Source: an uncultured Saprospiraceae bacterium
Lineage (GTDB): Bacteria > Bacteroidota > Bacteroidia > Chitinophagales > Saprospiraceae
Assembly: GCA_964640065.1 (NCBI GenBank)
Contig: CAZXIE010000037.1
Span: 1-23,124 of the forward strand
DNA: 23,124 bases
Direction of reading: 5' to 3'
The position numbers and the translations under genes are program-made. Shown here one piece after another: positions 1-8,865 of this stretch. Under the pieces are notes generated by a model that was given only the letters and a program-made list of their open reading frames with translations, was not told the origin of the DNA and searched no databases. Numbering within the stretch: position 1 is the stretch's first letter; the number at the start of each line of letters is the position of its first letter.

Positions 1-107
1 ATTAATACAATAGCAGTATCTAAAACAGTCCTCTTAAAGTTCTCAATATCCTCTGCCCTTCTTAATTTACTTAAACTCAACTCGCCCATTAAAATATTTA
101 GTGCCAT
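1..107 (-). CDS. partial ORF (N-terminal 35 codons) of an unidentified protein; runs off the window start
   Basis: Minus-strand ATG at 105-107, open to position 1 (MALNILMGELSLSKLRRAEDIENFKRTVLDTAIVL...). Upstream in-frame stop at 129-131. Divergent from the dioxygenase remnant, as expected for a regulator, but no family motif was recognised. Confidence 0.25.
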   Translation of the reverse strand, partial: MALNILMGELSLSKLRRAEDIENFKRTVLDTAIVL

Positions 108-163
108 TAAATTCTGTACACAAAAGAACTATTATTATTGGATTTATCTTCAATTTATTTAGC

Positions 164-477
164 ATGACGAAAGCTACTGCTGAGAGCCTTGAGACAGTTG
201 TCCTTGATACCATTGATACCGCGCAGCCAAGGTCCTAATTTCTCATAACTTCCTTTGTCAAGAAAATACACCAGTACATTCGTGATTTGGAGCTCTCCAA
301 AGAAGAGCTCCAAATAGTGGTTGACTTTTTAACAAGAGTTGGGCAAAGGGTAATGCCTTGAGGCAGGAATTTATATTCCTATCAGATATTCTGGGTGTTG
401 CTATGCTCGTAGATTTGCTAAATAACAACCTTCCACCTGGAGCAGGTGGAGGGATTTATCTGGCCCCATTCAAATAA
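164..477 (+). pseudogene. decayed intradiol ring-cleavage dioxygenase (catechol/hydroxyquinol 1,2-dioxygenase family): N-terminal domain only, disrupted
   Basis: Frame A (164-235): MTKATAESLETVVLDTIDTAQPRS, then an in-frame TAA at 236-238. The same frame continues (257-358) as VKKIHQYIRDLELSKEELQIVVDFLTRVGQ. This resembles the catechol 1,2-dioxygenase N-terminal helix region (...L.YLT..GQ). A frameshift near 347-352 then moves into a second frame (352-474): NALRQEFIFLSDILGVAMLVDLLNNNLPPGAGGGIYLAPFK*, matching the conserved RQEFILLSDVLGVSMLVD...PPGAT..LGPFY block. No catalytic C-terminal domain is readable in any frame downstream. Confidence 0.55.
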
Positions 478-653
478 AGGAAAGCTAGATCCATCGTCAA
501 AGCAAATAATTGGAGAGTTGTGATAGATATATCCTGATTCTATCCCAACGGCTTCATTTTCCAGATTCCTAAGTTCAAGAATGCCCTCCCCATATTCTTG
601 CGTATTCTTTGCCTCATTTGTCATGGGTTGACAAAGCTCTCATATGACTCTAA

Positions 654-1997
654 TCATTTTGCATACAATGCAGAGCTCGCCTTTTTCAATTTTGGCCCAA
701 GAGAACTCGCTTTACAAGCAAAGTAAAAGTACTTCAGCATTGGTTCATGGGACATGAAGTTAAGTCTAGAGCGAAACATCCATAATGGGAAATACTTGTG
801 TAGCACTAAAAGGTTCTGAACGCCTTCGGAAAGTAGAGTTGACCAATCTTCTTTTCGCTCAGGATGTGGTTGTGGGATGATCTCATTTTTCTGCGCATCT
901 GAGATATTCTTCATCTCTAACTTAGCTATGACTGCGGCGCTAAAGACTTGTTGACAAAACAGGATAGATTGTAAAGTGATCTTACCATCAGAAAAAATAG
1001 GTACTATAGGTCTCTTGGCGAGACCATCAGCGGTACAATTTACAAAGAGCGTGCGCTCAGGATATGATACTGTTCCTTCCTTTAGTTCTATTGTATCTTT
1101 TGTAATCTTATCTACTCTACCCTTCTGAATTATATTTTTAACACTTCGGAGTTGATCAAGCTCCTCTGGGCTGACCGTTGCACATCTCCATTTTCTTGGA
1201 ATTGTAGATTTGTCTATTCTTGTTATACCGCCCGAACCCTTTTCCATAGCGACAAAGATGTCGTCTACTTCTGATGCGACTAGCAATTCTTTGGCATGTG
1301 CAATTATCTCTTTAGCCACTTTTCCAGCTTGTAGAGCAGGACGGTTAAAGAACCAAGCTTGATTTGGACAAATCCAATAGATATGTTCATTTCGAACTCC
1401 TTTCTTTAAAAGATAAAGTATAGCGTCCATACCCGTCTTACCATTACCAATAACACAGAAGTTATCCCATTGATCAAATTCTGTGACTAATGAATTCAAA
1501 GGCTTTACCGACACTTCTTCATCAATTAAAAACTTAGGTGGATGGGTAGAAGGCACTTCTACATTCATATAAGTGGCGTCAACTGTCCGTCTGCGCACTT
1601 TGAATAGCAAGCTCTTTGAAGGATCTTTAGTACTGACTACTTGTCCATCACCACGATATTCATGTTCTAATAGGACTTCTACACGGCCGCTCTTTTCTAA
1701 TTCAGTTTGGACTTCTTTATAGTAATCGAGGATTTCAGTTTTGGACGAAAGGTCAGTAGATCCATTACCTAGCTCTTTAGAATTCACACCATAAAAAGCT
1801 GCAGGCTGATGTAATCTTACGAATGGATAAGCATCCACCCAGTGTCCACCCACTTGATTGCGTCTATCAACTATAGTGATCTTGCAGTTAGCGTCAAGAT
1901 GAAAAATCTCATCAGCAAATGCCAAACCCATAGCACCCGCACCGATGACTAAGTAGTCGGTTTGCTTGGAAGACATATTTACGAAAGTGGAAGTCAT
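654..1997 (-). CDS. class-B flavin-dependent monooxygenase-like NAD(P)/FAD oxidoreductase (FMO/NMO-like)
   Basis: 447 aa. N-terminal Rossmann motif DYLVIGAGAMGLAFADEI. GGHWVDAYPFVRLHQPAAFYGVNS fits the class-B monooxygenase GG.W...YP......P...Y pattern. A second dinucleotide fold is FCVIGNGKTGMD. Start lies 5 nt downstream of the preceding gene stop, so an operon. Confidence 0.75.
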   Translation of the reverse strand: MTSTFVNMSSKQTDYLVIGAGAMGLAFADEIFHLDANCKITIVDRRNQVGGHWVDAYPFVRLHQPAAFYGVNSKELGNGSTDLSSKTEILDYYKEVQTELEKSGRVEVLLEHEYRGDGQVVSTKDPSKSLLFKVRRRTVDATYMNVEVPSTHPPKFLIDEEVSVKPLNSLVTEFDQWDNFCVIGNGKTGMDAILYLLKKGVRNEHIYWICPNQAWFFNRPALQAGKVAKEIIAHAKELLVASEVDDIFVAMEKGSGGITRIDKSTIPRKWRCATVSPEELDQLRSVKNIIQKGRVDKITKDTIELKEGTVSYPERTLFVNCTADGLAKRPIVPIFSDGKITLQSILFCQQVFSAAVIAKLEMKNISDAQKNEIIPQPHPERKEDWSTLLSEGVQNLLVLHKYFPLWMFRSRLNFMSHEPMLKYFYFACKASSLGPKLKKASSALYAK

Positions 1998-2002
1998 ACT
2001 AT

Positions 2003-2488
2003 CTAAGTTGCTGGCGATCTGATAGTTTTATAAGCTCCTATCGCTGCTATGACGACCGCTATAAAAGCCGCAAACACAGCTATGTAAAATGAAAAATAAC
2101 ATAGGGCATTTAGAAAACCGCCTGAAGGATTAAGACCTCGATTAGAAGTGAACGGGCTAATCTGATATCCCATCGTATTGAACCAAATCATAATGATCAC
2201 ACTCGAGTATAGCCACTTCGAAGTCTTTTTTGATAATGCCAGAAGTGGACTGATCCCTGCTAAAGCCAAAGCAAGGATGCCATTAGTGATGGGTCCTGTG
2301 TGCGCATTACGCCACAGCTCTTTGTTTTCTGGTAGTGACATCTCGATCGGAGGAAGTGGCCAAAACTGCAGATACTCGCCGAGGACGAGTAACCATGCCA
2401 TACCTCCAAAAAATCCAAAAAGCATGACAAGTAAGCCGTGGAAGACGATGCCCGCACGCTGCTTGGTAGTGAGTGATGTAGTTTTCAT
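2003..2488 (-). CDS. small integral membrane protein (about 4 predicted TM helices), function unknown
   Basis: Strongly hydrophobic segments (GIVFHGLLVMLFGFFGGMAWLLVLG; ILALALAGISPLLAL; SSVIIMIWFNTMGY; FYIAVFAAFIAVVIAAIGAY). I place the start at the internal ATG 2486-2488 (MKTTSL...). The longer ORF-track start at 2656 would overlap the upstream hydrolase gene by about 130 nt. Confidence 0.55.
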   Translation of the reverse strand: MKTTSLTTKQRAGIVFHGLLVMLFGFFGGMAWLLVLGEYLQFWPLPPIEMSLPENKELWRNAHTGPITNGILALALAGISPLLALSKKTSKWLYSSVIIMIWFNTMGYQISPFTSNRGLNPSGGFLNALCYFSFYIAVFAAFIAVVIAAIGAYKTIRSPAT

Positions 2489-2525
2489 ACAAAAAGTAGT
2501 CAGACAATTAAGATAGAAAAAAGAG

Positions 2526-3326
2526 TCATGCTGTGTGCGGCGCTCCGTACTTTTCATAAAGCTCTGGGAGAATCTCTGCGAGATTATGATATTCTTGTGT
2601 ACAATGATGAAACATCTTGGGTCCAAGATTGGCCGGTATGAGCTTTCTTTTGACAAAGGCTTGGTTCAAGACTTTGTTGAGGAGACCTTGTGCTATACCT
2701 CCCATACGGTAGACTTCTTGGCCGATCCAAAATCTACTTCTCATCTCTACTCCAGTATCAGTAGTTCTCACAAAGTGACACATCCTTGTACCCCATACTC
2801 CTTTTTCTGGCGAGCCTACTCTTGCACAGATGATCGTCTGCTTAGCTAGATCTAGTTTCTCATGATTAAATCCAAAATCCTTAGGATGCATAAAGTCTAT
2901 GAGAATCTCATCTTTCCCAATCCCTACATCTTCGGTGACGTGGTGTGTGCTGAGGTGTAGCCTATCCGCGTAAGACATACTCTCATCATCATACCTCCCT
3001 TGAAAATCGGCAGAGTTATCATAGTGCATATCAGGATACCAAATCTGATATCTCACTGCTTCGGCAGCGTGCCACCAAAACCACCAGTTGATCATATCAA
3101 GACTAACTTCCGGCATCTCTATCAATACAGCTACATAGATGCTCCCATCTTGGTTACGTCTGAATCCACTTTCACAGTCGAGATAGCCTCGTTCAAAAAG
3201 CTGATCAACCTGATTGATATCGAGAGCTAGAGAAAGATCGATATCCTTCTCAGCGGACAAGATAGAGTGATGATCCTGCGGGATGGTCGCGTTGGCTCGG
3301 GAAAGATACTTGTCGAATTCGCTCAC
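2526..3326 (-). CDS. putative metal-dependent C-C hydrolase, possibly DAPG/phloretin-hydrolase (PhlG-like) family
   Basis: 266 aa soluble protein. Candidate metal ligands are His128/His129, Glu156 and C-terminal HHCTQE (His241, Glu245). From memory, the spacing resembles the His/Glu/His-x3-Glu zinc site described for PhlG. Family assignment is tentative. First gene of a three-gene minus-strand operon. Confidence 0.4.
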   Translation of the reverse strand: MSEFDKYLSRANATIPQDHHSILSAEKDIDLSLALDINQVDQLFERGYLDCESGFRRNQDGSIYVAVLIEMPEVSLDMINWWFWWHAAEAVRYQIWYPDMHYDNSADFQGRYDDESMSYADRLHLSTHHVTEDVGIGKDEILIDFMHPKDFGFNHEKLDLAKQTIICARVGSPEKGVWGTRMCHFVRTTDTGVEMRSRFWIGQEVYRMGGIAQGLLNKVLNQAFVKRKLIPANLGPKMFHHCTQEYHNLAEILPELYEKYGAPHTA

Positions 3327-3507
3327 AGTAATAATTGAGATGTAAAATTGATTTGGTATCAGTCACATTTACAACTAAGTGTCTGAAGTTATGCTCAGAT
3401 ATTTAGAAGTAGGTACAACTTACGAATAGCCTTCCAAAACCAATGGTGTTGCAAAATCTTTAGCATCTTAGATCGTACTTTTTAGCTATCAATAAGACGA
3501 CAACAAC

Positions 3508-4002
3508 ATGAAAGACTTTGACTGGACTTCCTTCTCAAGAAAAATATCGATCAAAGCATCTATGTCAGAACTCTATGATGCCTGGGCTATACCTGAAGAA
3601 CTTGAAAAATGGTTCTTGAGTAAGGCGCTCTATACGCGCTCAGATGGATCCAAAGTAGGCCCTCGAGAACACATACATCCTAAAGATAAGTACCAGTGGT
3701 CATGGCATACATGGGATATCGTCGAAGAAGGAGAGGTACTAGAAACAAATGGTAAGGATCTTATCAAGTTTTCTTTCGCAGAGGTATGTCCGGTAGAAAT
3801 CAAACTAGAACAGCTCAAAGAAGAGGTATTAGTCACCTTGACTCAAAGCAATATCCCAACAGATGAGAAGTCAAAGAAAGATGTCAGGTTAGGTTGTCAT
3901 GAAGGATGGTCATTCTATCTGGTGAATCTGAAGTCCATCTATGAGGGCGGAGTAGACCTTAGAAATATGAATGATGAGTTGAAGGGAGTGGTGAATAGTT
4001 GA
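3508..4002 (+). CDS. SRPBCC superfamily protein (AHSA1/START/polyketide-cyclase-like ligand-binding fold)
   Basis: 164 aa. Size and sequence character (..YDAWAIPEELEKWF.. and W-rich beta-grip segments) are typical of Activator-of-Hsp90-ATPase-homolog/SRPBCC domain proteins. Confidence 0.6.
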   Translation: MKDFDWTSFSRKISIKASMSELYDAWAIPEELEKWFLSKALYTRSDGSKVGPREHIHPKDKYQWSWHTWDIVEEGEVLETNGKDLIKFSFAEVCPVEIKLEQLKEEVLVTLTQSNIPTDEKSKKDVRLGCHEGWSFYLVNLKSIYEGGVDLRNMNDELKGVVNS

Positions 4003-4244
4003 TTACTTTCCATACTTACAAAGCAAATAGTACAGAGGGTAGATTTTGAGAATCGGTTAGCAAGTGGCGAGGTGGTGTTGAAAAGGTGAGCTAATACGAA
4101 TTGAATATCAGATTAAACAGTAACTATTATTTTAATCATACTACTTAACTTTTCTATATTCCAAGAGTCCACCTTTTTGAGCTAGAAGACCAAACTTGGT
4201 TTCCGAGTTTCATAAGAAACTATGGTACTGACTTCTTACAGTTT

Positions 4245-4928
4245 ATGGCTCATAAAACCAAGATGTATGATCCAATCATTCCTCTTCTTGCGAGTGCTCT
4301 AAAAAGTCTCGGATTATCACACATCGTAGACATAGGATCAGGGGGAGGCGGTGGTATCGTATTGATCAATGAAGAATTAAAAAAAGAGATACCAGATTTA
4401 AAAATTACGCTTACTGACTACTATCCCAATATACCTGCATTTGAGTATATAAGTAAGTCTGTCGACAACATTGATTTTGTCAAAGGACCTGTTGACGCTC
4501 GGGCAGTACCACTCAATCTAAAAGGTCTACGAACTCAGTTCATATCGTTTCATCATTTCAAACCTCAAGACGCACGACTGATCTTACAGAATGCTGTTGA
4601 TGCTAAAAGTGGTATAGCCGTATTTGAAGTACAAGAAAGGAGTGTAAAGAACTTCATAGCAATGTTTCTAGCTCCGATACTCGTGCTGCTTGTGACACCA
4701 TTTATTAGACCATTTTCTATCGGGCGCATCATCTTCACCTATCTCATACCGATCGTACCTCTCTTTGTTTTGTGGGATGGACTTGTTTCATGTCTTCGGA
4801 CCTATTCTCCTAAAGAACTACGAGCTATCATCGAGCAACTAGAAGATCATGAAAACTTTGATTGGAAAATAGAAAAGCGGCAGTCTGGTCCTCAGAAGGT
4901 GATTTGTTTGGTGGGGTTGCCTATATAG
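4245..4928 (+). CDS. class I SAM-dependent methyltransferase-like protein with C-terminal membrane anchor (2 TM)
   Basis: HIVDIGSGGGGGIVL (motif I-like glycine-rich loop after a beta strand). KITLTDYYPN (acidic residue at the end of beta-2, motif II-like). DFVKGPVDARAVP (motif IV-like). Two C-terminal hydrophobic helices (FIAMFLAPILVLLVTPFI; IIFTYLIPIVPLFVLW). The reading frame is open for 20 codons upstream without a start codon. Confidence 0.5.
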   Translation: MAHKTKMYDPIIPLLASALKSLGLSHIVDIGSGGGGGIVLINEELKKEIPDLKITLTDYYPNIPAFEYISKSVDNIDFVKGPVDARAVPLNLKGLRTQFISFHHFKPQDARLILQNAVDAKSGIAVFEVQERSVKNFIAMFLAPILVLLVTPFIRPFSIGRIIFTYLIPIVPLFVLWDGLVSCLRTYSPKELRAIIEQLEDHENFDWKIEKRQSGPQKVICLVGLPI

Positions 4929-5152
4929 GTTTGTTGGTTTAATTGGTTTTGTTGTTTCAACTTAGAAGACCCTCACTACTGTGCGTAGGTTGTACCTAAT
5001 AGTGTCTGAGGAAATAATTAGCATTTGTAGGATACAATAATTTGTCATGGTTTTTGGTCAAAACGCATGCCAAACGAAACGTTGTATGGATTAATAGCCT
5101 CGGGTTAACACCCGCTGCTATTAGGCTATACAACCTGCGAATAGCGACCTTT

Positions 5153-6121
5153 CTACTTCTTCGGCTTATCCATGCCAGGTTTGAATCCAGCTGTCAGTTG
5201 ACCAAGATAGTCTTCTGGGTATTCTGGATTGAGTAGGCCGATTTCTTGCACTTGCATGTCTGGATCTATCTGTCGCTCTGGATGAAAGTAGGTGCCAAAC
5301 AAGCGATCGAAAATGATCAAGTTATTCCCATAGTTGTTATTAGACTGGGCGATTTCTTTAGAGTGGTGCCAGCGATGTAGGTCTACTACATTGAAGAAGT
5401 AGTAGAGAGGGCCGAGTTTGATATTGATATTACAGTGTTGAGAAAATCCGCATACAACTGTTACACCAAAGTACATCGCTAGGACTATACCTTCCGCGCC
5501 AAGTAGCACGGGAAAAAGCATTTCTGTAAAGGTGAACCATGTTTTATCGACAGGATGCTGGCGCGTGGCATTCCACCAATACAATCGCTTAGTAGAATGA
5601 TGGACGGCATGAAAGTTCCATAACCAAGGAACTTCGTGCGCAAGTCTATGTCCCCAGTATCTGCCAGCGTCGCCTAGTACCAACATCAGTATCAGTTGTA
5701 AGACTACTGGCCATTCGCTGGGCCATATGGCACCACCCCACTGCATCGAAAGCCAAGCAGCTCCGCCTGCTAGCATGGCTATGAAAAGTGGTTTTAGAAA
5801 AATCGGAAGGACGATATAAGCGACCACTCCGCTTACGACATCATTACCAATATCTCCGTGCGAATGATTCCAATGTTTCTTGAAGGGCATAAGCCATTCG
5901 GCCAGCCAAAAAACTAGTCCAACTGCGACAGCGACAACGTAGGTTGTTATGGCCACTGAAGAACCACCTTGTATCAAGAGATATATGATGTAAGGCGTGG
6001 CCACTAATACAATGGGAAAAAATGCCCACTGCATGAAGTGATAGAACTTGCTGTTCTCTTTTATAATGCTTTCCATAGACCCTAGTAAAGATATCAAAAT
6101 GAGACAACTGAAGTTCTTCAT
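5153..6121 (-). CDS. fatty acid hydroxylase / sterol desaturase superfamily membrane protein (di-iron, His-box)
   Basis: 322 aa with N-terminal TM helices. His boxes HRLAHE (HX3H), HAVHHS (HX2HH) and HRWHHS, typical of the FA_hydroxylase/ERG3/ERG25/CrtZ superfamily. Confidence 0.75.
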   Translation of the reverse strand: MKNFSCLILISLLGSMESIIKENSKFYHFMQWAFFPIVLVATPYIIYLLIQGGSSVAITTYVVAVAVGLVFWLAEWLMPFKKHWNHSHGDIGNDVVSGVVAYIVLPIFLKPLFIAMLAGGAAWLSMQWGGAIWPSEWPVVLQLILMLVLGDAGRYWGHRLAHEVPWLWNFHAVHHSTKRLYWWNATRQHPVDKTWFTFTEMLFPVLLGAEGIVLAMYFGVTVVCGFSQHCNINIKLGPLYYFFNVVDLHRWHHSKEIAQSNNNYGNNLIIFDRLFGTYFHPERQIDPDMQVQEIGLLNPEYPEDYLGQLTAGFKPGMDKPKK

Positions 6122-6214
6122 CGTTCTAAGTTCGAAAACTCATCCTGAACCAATCAAGTGGATAGCACATAACTCCTTCAATAAATTCTAAGGCATCATG
6201 TAATAACCAAGACT

Positions 6215-6817
6215 CTACCCTCTCTTTCTTTCTAATAAAACCATCATCATGACTCCAAGCATGATGATCTCTCCATGATCAGGAAGGATGTCTACCTTAT
6301 TATAAACGGTGAACTTGTGTCCGAAGAGGGAGGGCTCTTTGCGCAAGCGAGCAATTAGATCTCCATTTACGGAAGTGATCAGATAGGTGGGGTTAAATAT
6401 ATAGTTGCCGACCATCGGCATATCACCGAAGATACTGTCGAGTGCTTTGATCCAAGGATTTTCTTCTTCGAGGTGATACTGCACCAGATCATCGTTATCC
6501 ATGATGTCATAACTCGCTCTCCATAATGACCTCATACCATGTCGCGCTATCCTCCCGAGATAATCTCCCTGTAAAGTGCTAAAACTGTAGGAGGCCGAGA
6601 AGTCAAGCCATCGGTCTGCGTTGATTTTATACAGAAGATTAGACTTGGTATCGTCTTCGAAGACATGGATCTCCTCCTTCCAATTCAAAAGCTTCTGGCG
6701 CACATAAGCCATCGCTATACCCTCGGCATCGTAGGCTATAAAGTCATTGGAGATGGTTCCGATCTGAAACTCAAGATCTATGGGAAATTTTAGTTGGCGC
6801 ATAGTTGATTTGTACAT
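6215..6817 (-). CDS. hypothetical protein, possibly LURP-one-related / tubby C-terminal-like (DUF567) fold
   Basis: 200 aa. Two-half beta-rich pattern (KLLNWKEEIHVFEDDTKSNLLYKINAD...; NGDLIARLRKEPSLFGHKFTVYNKVDILPDHGEIIMLGVMMMVLLERK) resembling LOR-family proteins. Recognition from memory only. The start is only 8 bp from the divergent recQ start. Confidence 0.45.
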   Translation of the reverse strand: MYKSTMRQLKFPIDLEFQIGTISNDFIAYDAEGIAMAYVRQKLLNWKEEIHVFEDDTKSNLLYKINADRWLDFSASYSFSTLQGDYLGRIARHGMRSLWRASYDIMDNDDLVQYHLEEENPWIKALDSIFGDMPMVGNYIFNPTYLITSVNGDLIARLRKEPSLFGHKFTVYNKVDILPDHGEIIMLGVMMMVLLERKRG

Positions 6818-6825
6818 AGCTCATA

Positions 6826-8676
6826 ATGAATTACCTTGACCAGAAGTTCCATATTTATGGAGATATCGATGAACACCTGATGACAGCAGACCAAAGTATA
6901 CACGACCAACTCAAAGATGTATTTGGCTATGATACCTTTAGGGAAGGACAGAAGGAAATCATAACTGGTATCCTCGAGGGAAATGATCATTTAGTGGTGA
7001 TGCCTACGGGTGGAGGCAAGTCTCTTTGCTATCAGCTACCCGCACTTCTGCTTCCACATCTTACCATCGTCATATCGCCGCTCATAGCTCTGATGGAAGA
7101 CCAAGTGGCATCTCTAGATCAACTAGGCATCTGTGCTCGAGCTATGCATAGCGGTAAGAGCTTCGAAGAAAAAAGTGAGATCGATGGTCTCATCAGCAAG
7201 AACGAACTGAAGCTTCTCTACATAGCGCCAGAGACTATCCTTCAAGAGCGCATGAAAAGCTACTTAGCAAGTCTAAAGATCAGTCTCATCGCCATCGATG
7301 AGGCGCACTGTGTATCTGTATGGGGTAATGACTTTCGACCAGAGTATAGAGAGCTACACTCCTTAAGAGAGATAGTTAACAAGGTGCCTTGGATAGCACT
7401 TACGGCTACCGCGGACGACGCGACTAGACAAGAGATGGCTACACAACTTGGTCTTGATAATCCAAGTATCACCGTTAGTAGTTTTGAAAGGCAGAACATA
7501 CATGTCACTTGTCGCCCTGGACAGAAGAGGATCGAACAGATAGAACGGTTTGTAGTACAGCGCTCGGGTAAGGCAGGCATCATCTACTGTCTCAGTAGAA
7601 AGTCAACAGAGAAGCTTGCTGGCAAGCTCAACGATCGAGGCATCAAGGCTGCCTACTACCACGCTGGTATGGATAGCATGAGTAGGTCAAGAATCCAAAC
7701 AAGATTTCAAAATGACGAGATCCATGTCATCTGTGCTACCATCGCTTTTGGTATGGGCATCGATAAGAGTAATGTCCGCTTTGTGATCCACTATAACCTT
7801 CCCAAAAATATAGAGAGCTACTATCAAGAGATAGGCCGTGCTGGCCGTGATGGGGAGCCTTCAGAGGCGTTGCTTTTTTATAGCTGGGGAGATGTGATGC
7901 AGCTCAAGTCATTTATCGACGGTGGTGATGGAGCTGCTACTTTTAGAGAAGTCCAACATGCCAAACTTGACAGAATGTGGCAGCTTGTCTCAGGGCGCTC
8001 ATGTAGAACGAATGTCATCCTCAACTACTTTGGCGAGTTTAGAGATACGCCTTGTGATCACTGTGACAACTGTGAGAAAGAAGAGACTACTATAGATGGC
8101 ACCGTGCTTTCTCAAAAAGCTCTATCCGCTGTAGCGAGATGCAAAGAGTCTATCTCCATCACGCAACTTCTAGACATCTTAAAGGGTGCTTATAAACCCG
8201 AACTTCGAGATCGAGGATGGACAGACATCAAGACATTTGGTGCTGGCAGAGATCTTACCTATCCCCAGTGGAGGGAGTATGTTACACAGATGATCAATCT
8301 GGGTCTGATGTCATTGGATTATACAGATGGCTATAAGCTTAAGCTGACTCCTCTTTCCAAAGATGTACTTACTGGTACTACGCAAATCCCGCTTCATGAG
8401 TGGAAGCCTATGCAGAAGGTCCAAAAGGTCAAAAAATTAGTTGTGGAGGATGAAAGTGACGTTGATAAAAGTTTGTATGAAAAACTTCGATCATGGCGTG
8501 CAGCACAAGCTAGAACGAAAAAGATACCTGCCTATACCATCTTTCATGATAAAACCTTGAAAGCTCTGGCCTCCATACAACCCAAGGATAACAATAGACT
8601 TCTACAGATAAGTGGCATCGGCAAAGCCAAATTAGAAAAGTATGGAGAAGAGATCTTAGCTCTTATCAATGACTAG
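6826..8676 (+). CDS. recQ: ATP-dependent DNA helicase RecQ
   Basis: 616 aa. Helicase motif I PTGGGKSLCYQLPAL, motif II DEAHCVSVWGNDFRPEY, motif III LTATA. RecQ Zn-binding Cys cluster (CRTNV...CDHCDNC). C-terminal HRDC domain (...IFHDKTLKALASIQPKDNNRLLQISGIGKAKLEKYGEEILALI). The true start may be the internal Met at 6880 (MTADQSIHDQLKDVFGY...). Confidence 0.93.
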   Translation: MNYLDQKFHIYGDIDEHLMTADQSIHDQLKDVFGYDTFREGQKEIITGILEGNDHLVVMPTGGGKSLCYQLPALLLPHLTIVISPLIALMEDQVASLDQLGICARAMHSGKSFEEKSEIDGLISKNELKLLYIAPETILQERMKSYLASLKISLIAIDEAHCVSVWGNDFRPEYRELHSLREIVNKVPWIALTATADDATRQEMATQLGLDNPSITVSSFERQNIHVTCRPGQKRIEQIERFVVQRSGKAGIIYCLSRKSTEKLAGKLNDRGIKAAYYHAGMDSMSRSRIQTRFQNDEIHVICATIAFGMGIDKSNVRFVIHYNLPKNIESYYQEIGRAGRDGEPSEALLFYSWGDVMQLKSFIDGGDGAATFREVQHAKLDRMWQLVSGRSCRTNVILNYFGEFRDTPCDHCDNCEKEETTIDGTVLSQKALSAVARCKESISITQLLDILKGAYKPELRDRGWTDIKTFGAGRDLTYPQWREYVTQMINLGLMSLDYTDGYKLKLTPLSKDVLTGTTQIPLHEWKPMQKVQKVKKLVVEDESDVDKSLYEKLRSWRAAQARTKKIPAYTIFHDKTLKALASIQPKDNNRLLQISGIGKAKLEKYGEEILALIND

Positions 8677-8865
8677 CTCTTTTCAACTAGTAGGTGATTA
8701 AGGAGCCTATTTGCCAAACACTGGTGTCCGGTAAAATATAGATATGTACAAACACCATCCATAAGATAAATTAATCATGACTTAGAATAACCCATCTAAA
8801 AGAAAAGCCTCCTTGGCTCATTGCTTTGACCAATCATCAGTTATCATGCTCAATTTTCCTAGTCA

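Noticed and set aside
418-624. 68-aa minus-strand ORF overlapping the dioxygenase remnant
   Set aside because: No recognisable motif. It lies antisense to sequence that clearly encodes dioxygenase-like peptide on the plus strand, so it is most likely a chance ORF in decayed DNA.
5094-5129. Nested hairpin (atagcct ... cgggt-taac-acccg ... aggctat) between convergent methyltransferase and hydroxylase genes as an intrinsic terminator
   Set aside because: No U-tract follows the stem on either strand, so it cannot be called a canonical Rho-independent terminator. It may still pause or terminate transcription.
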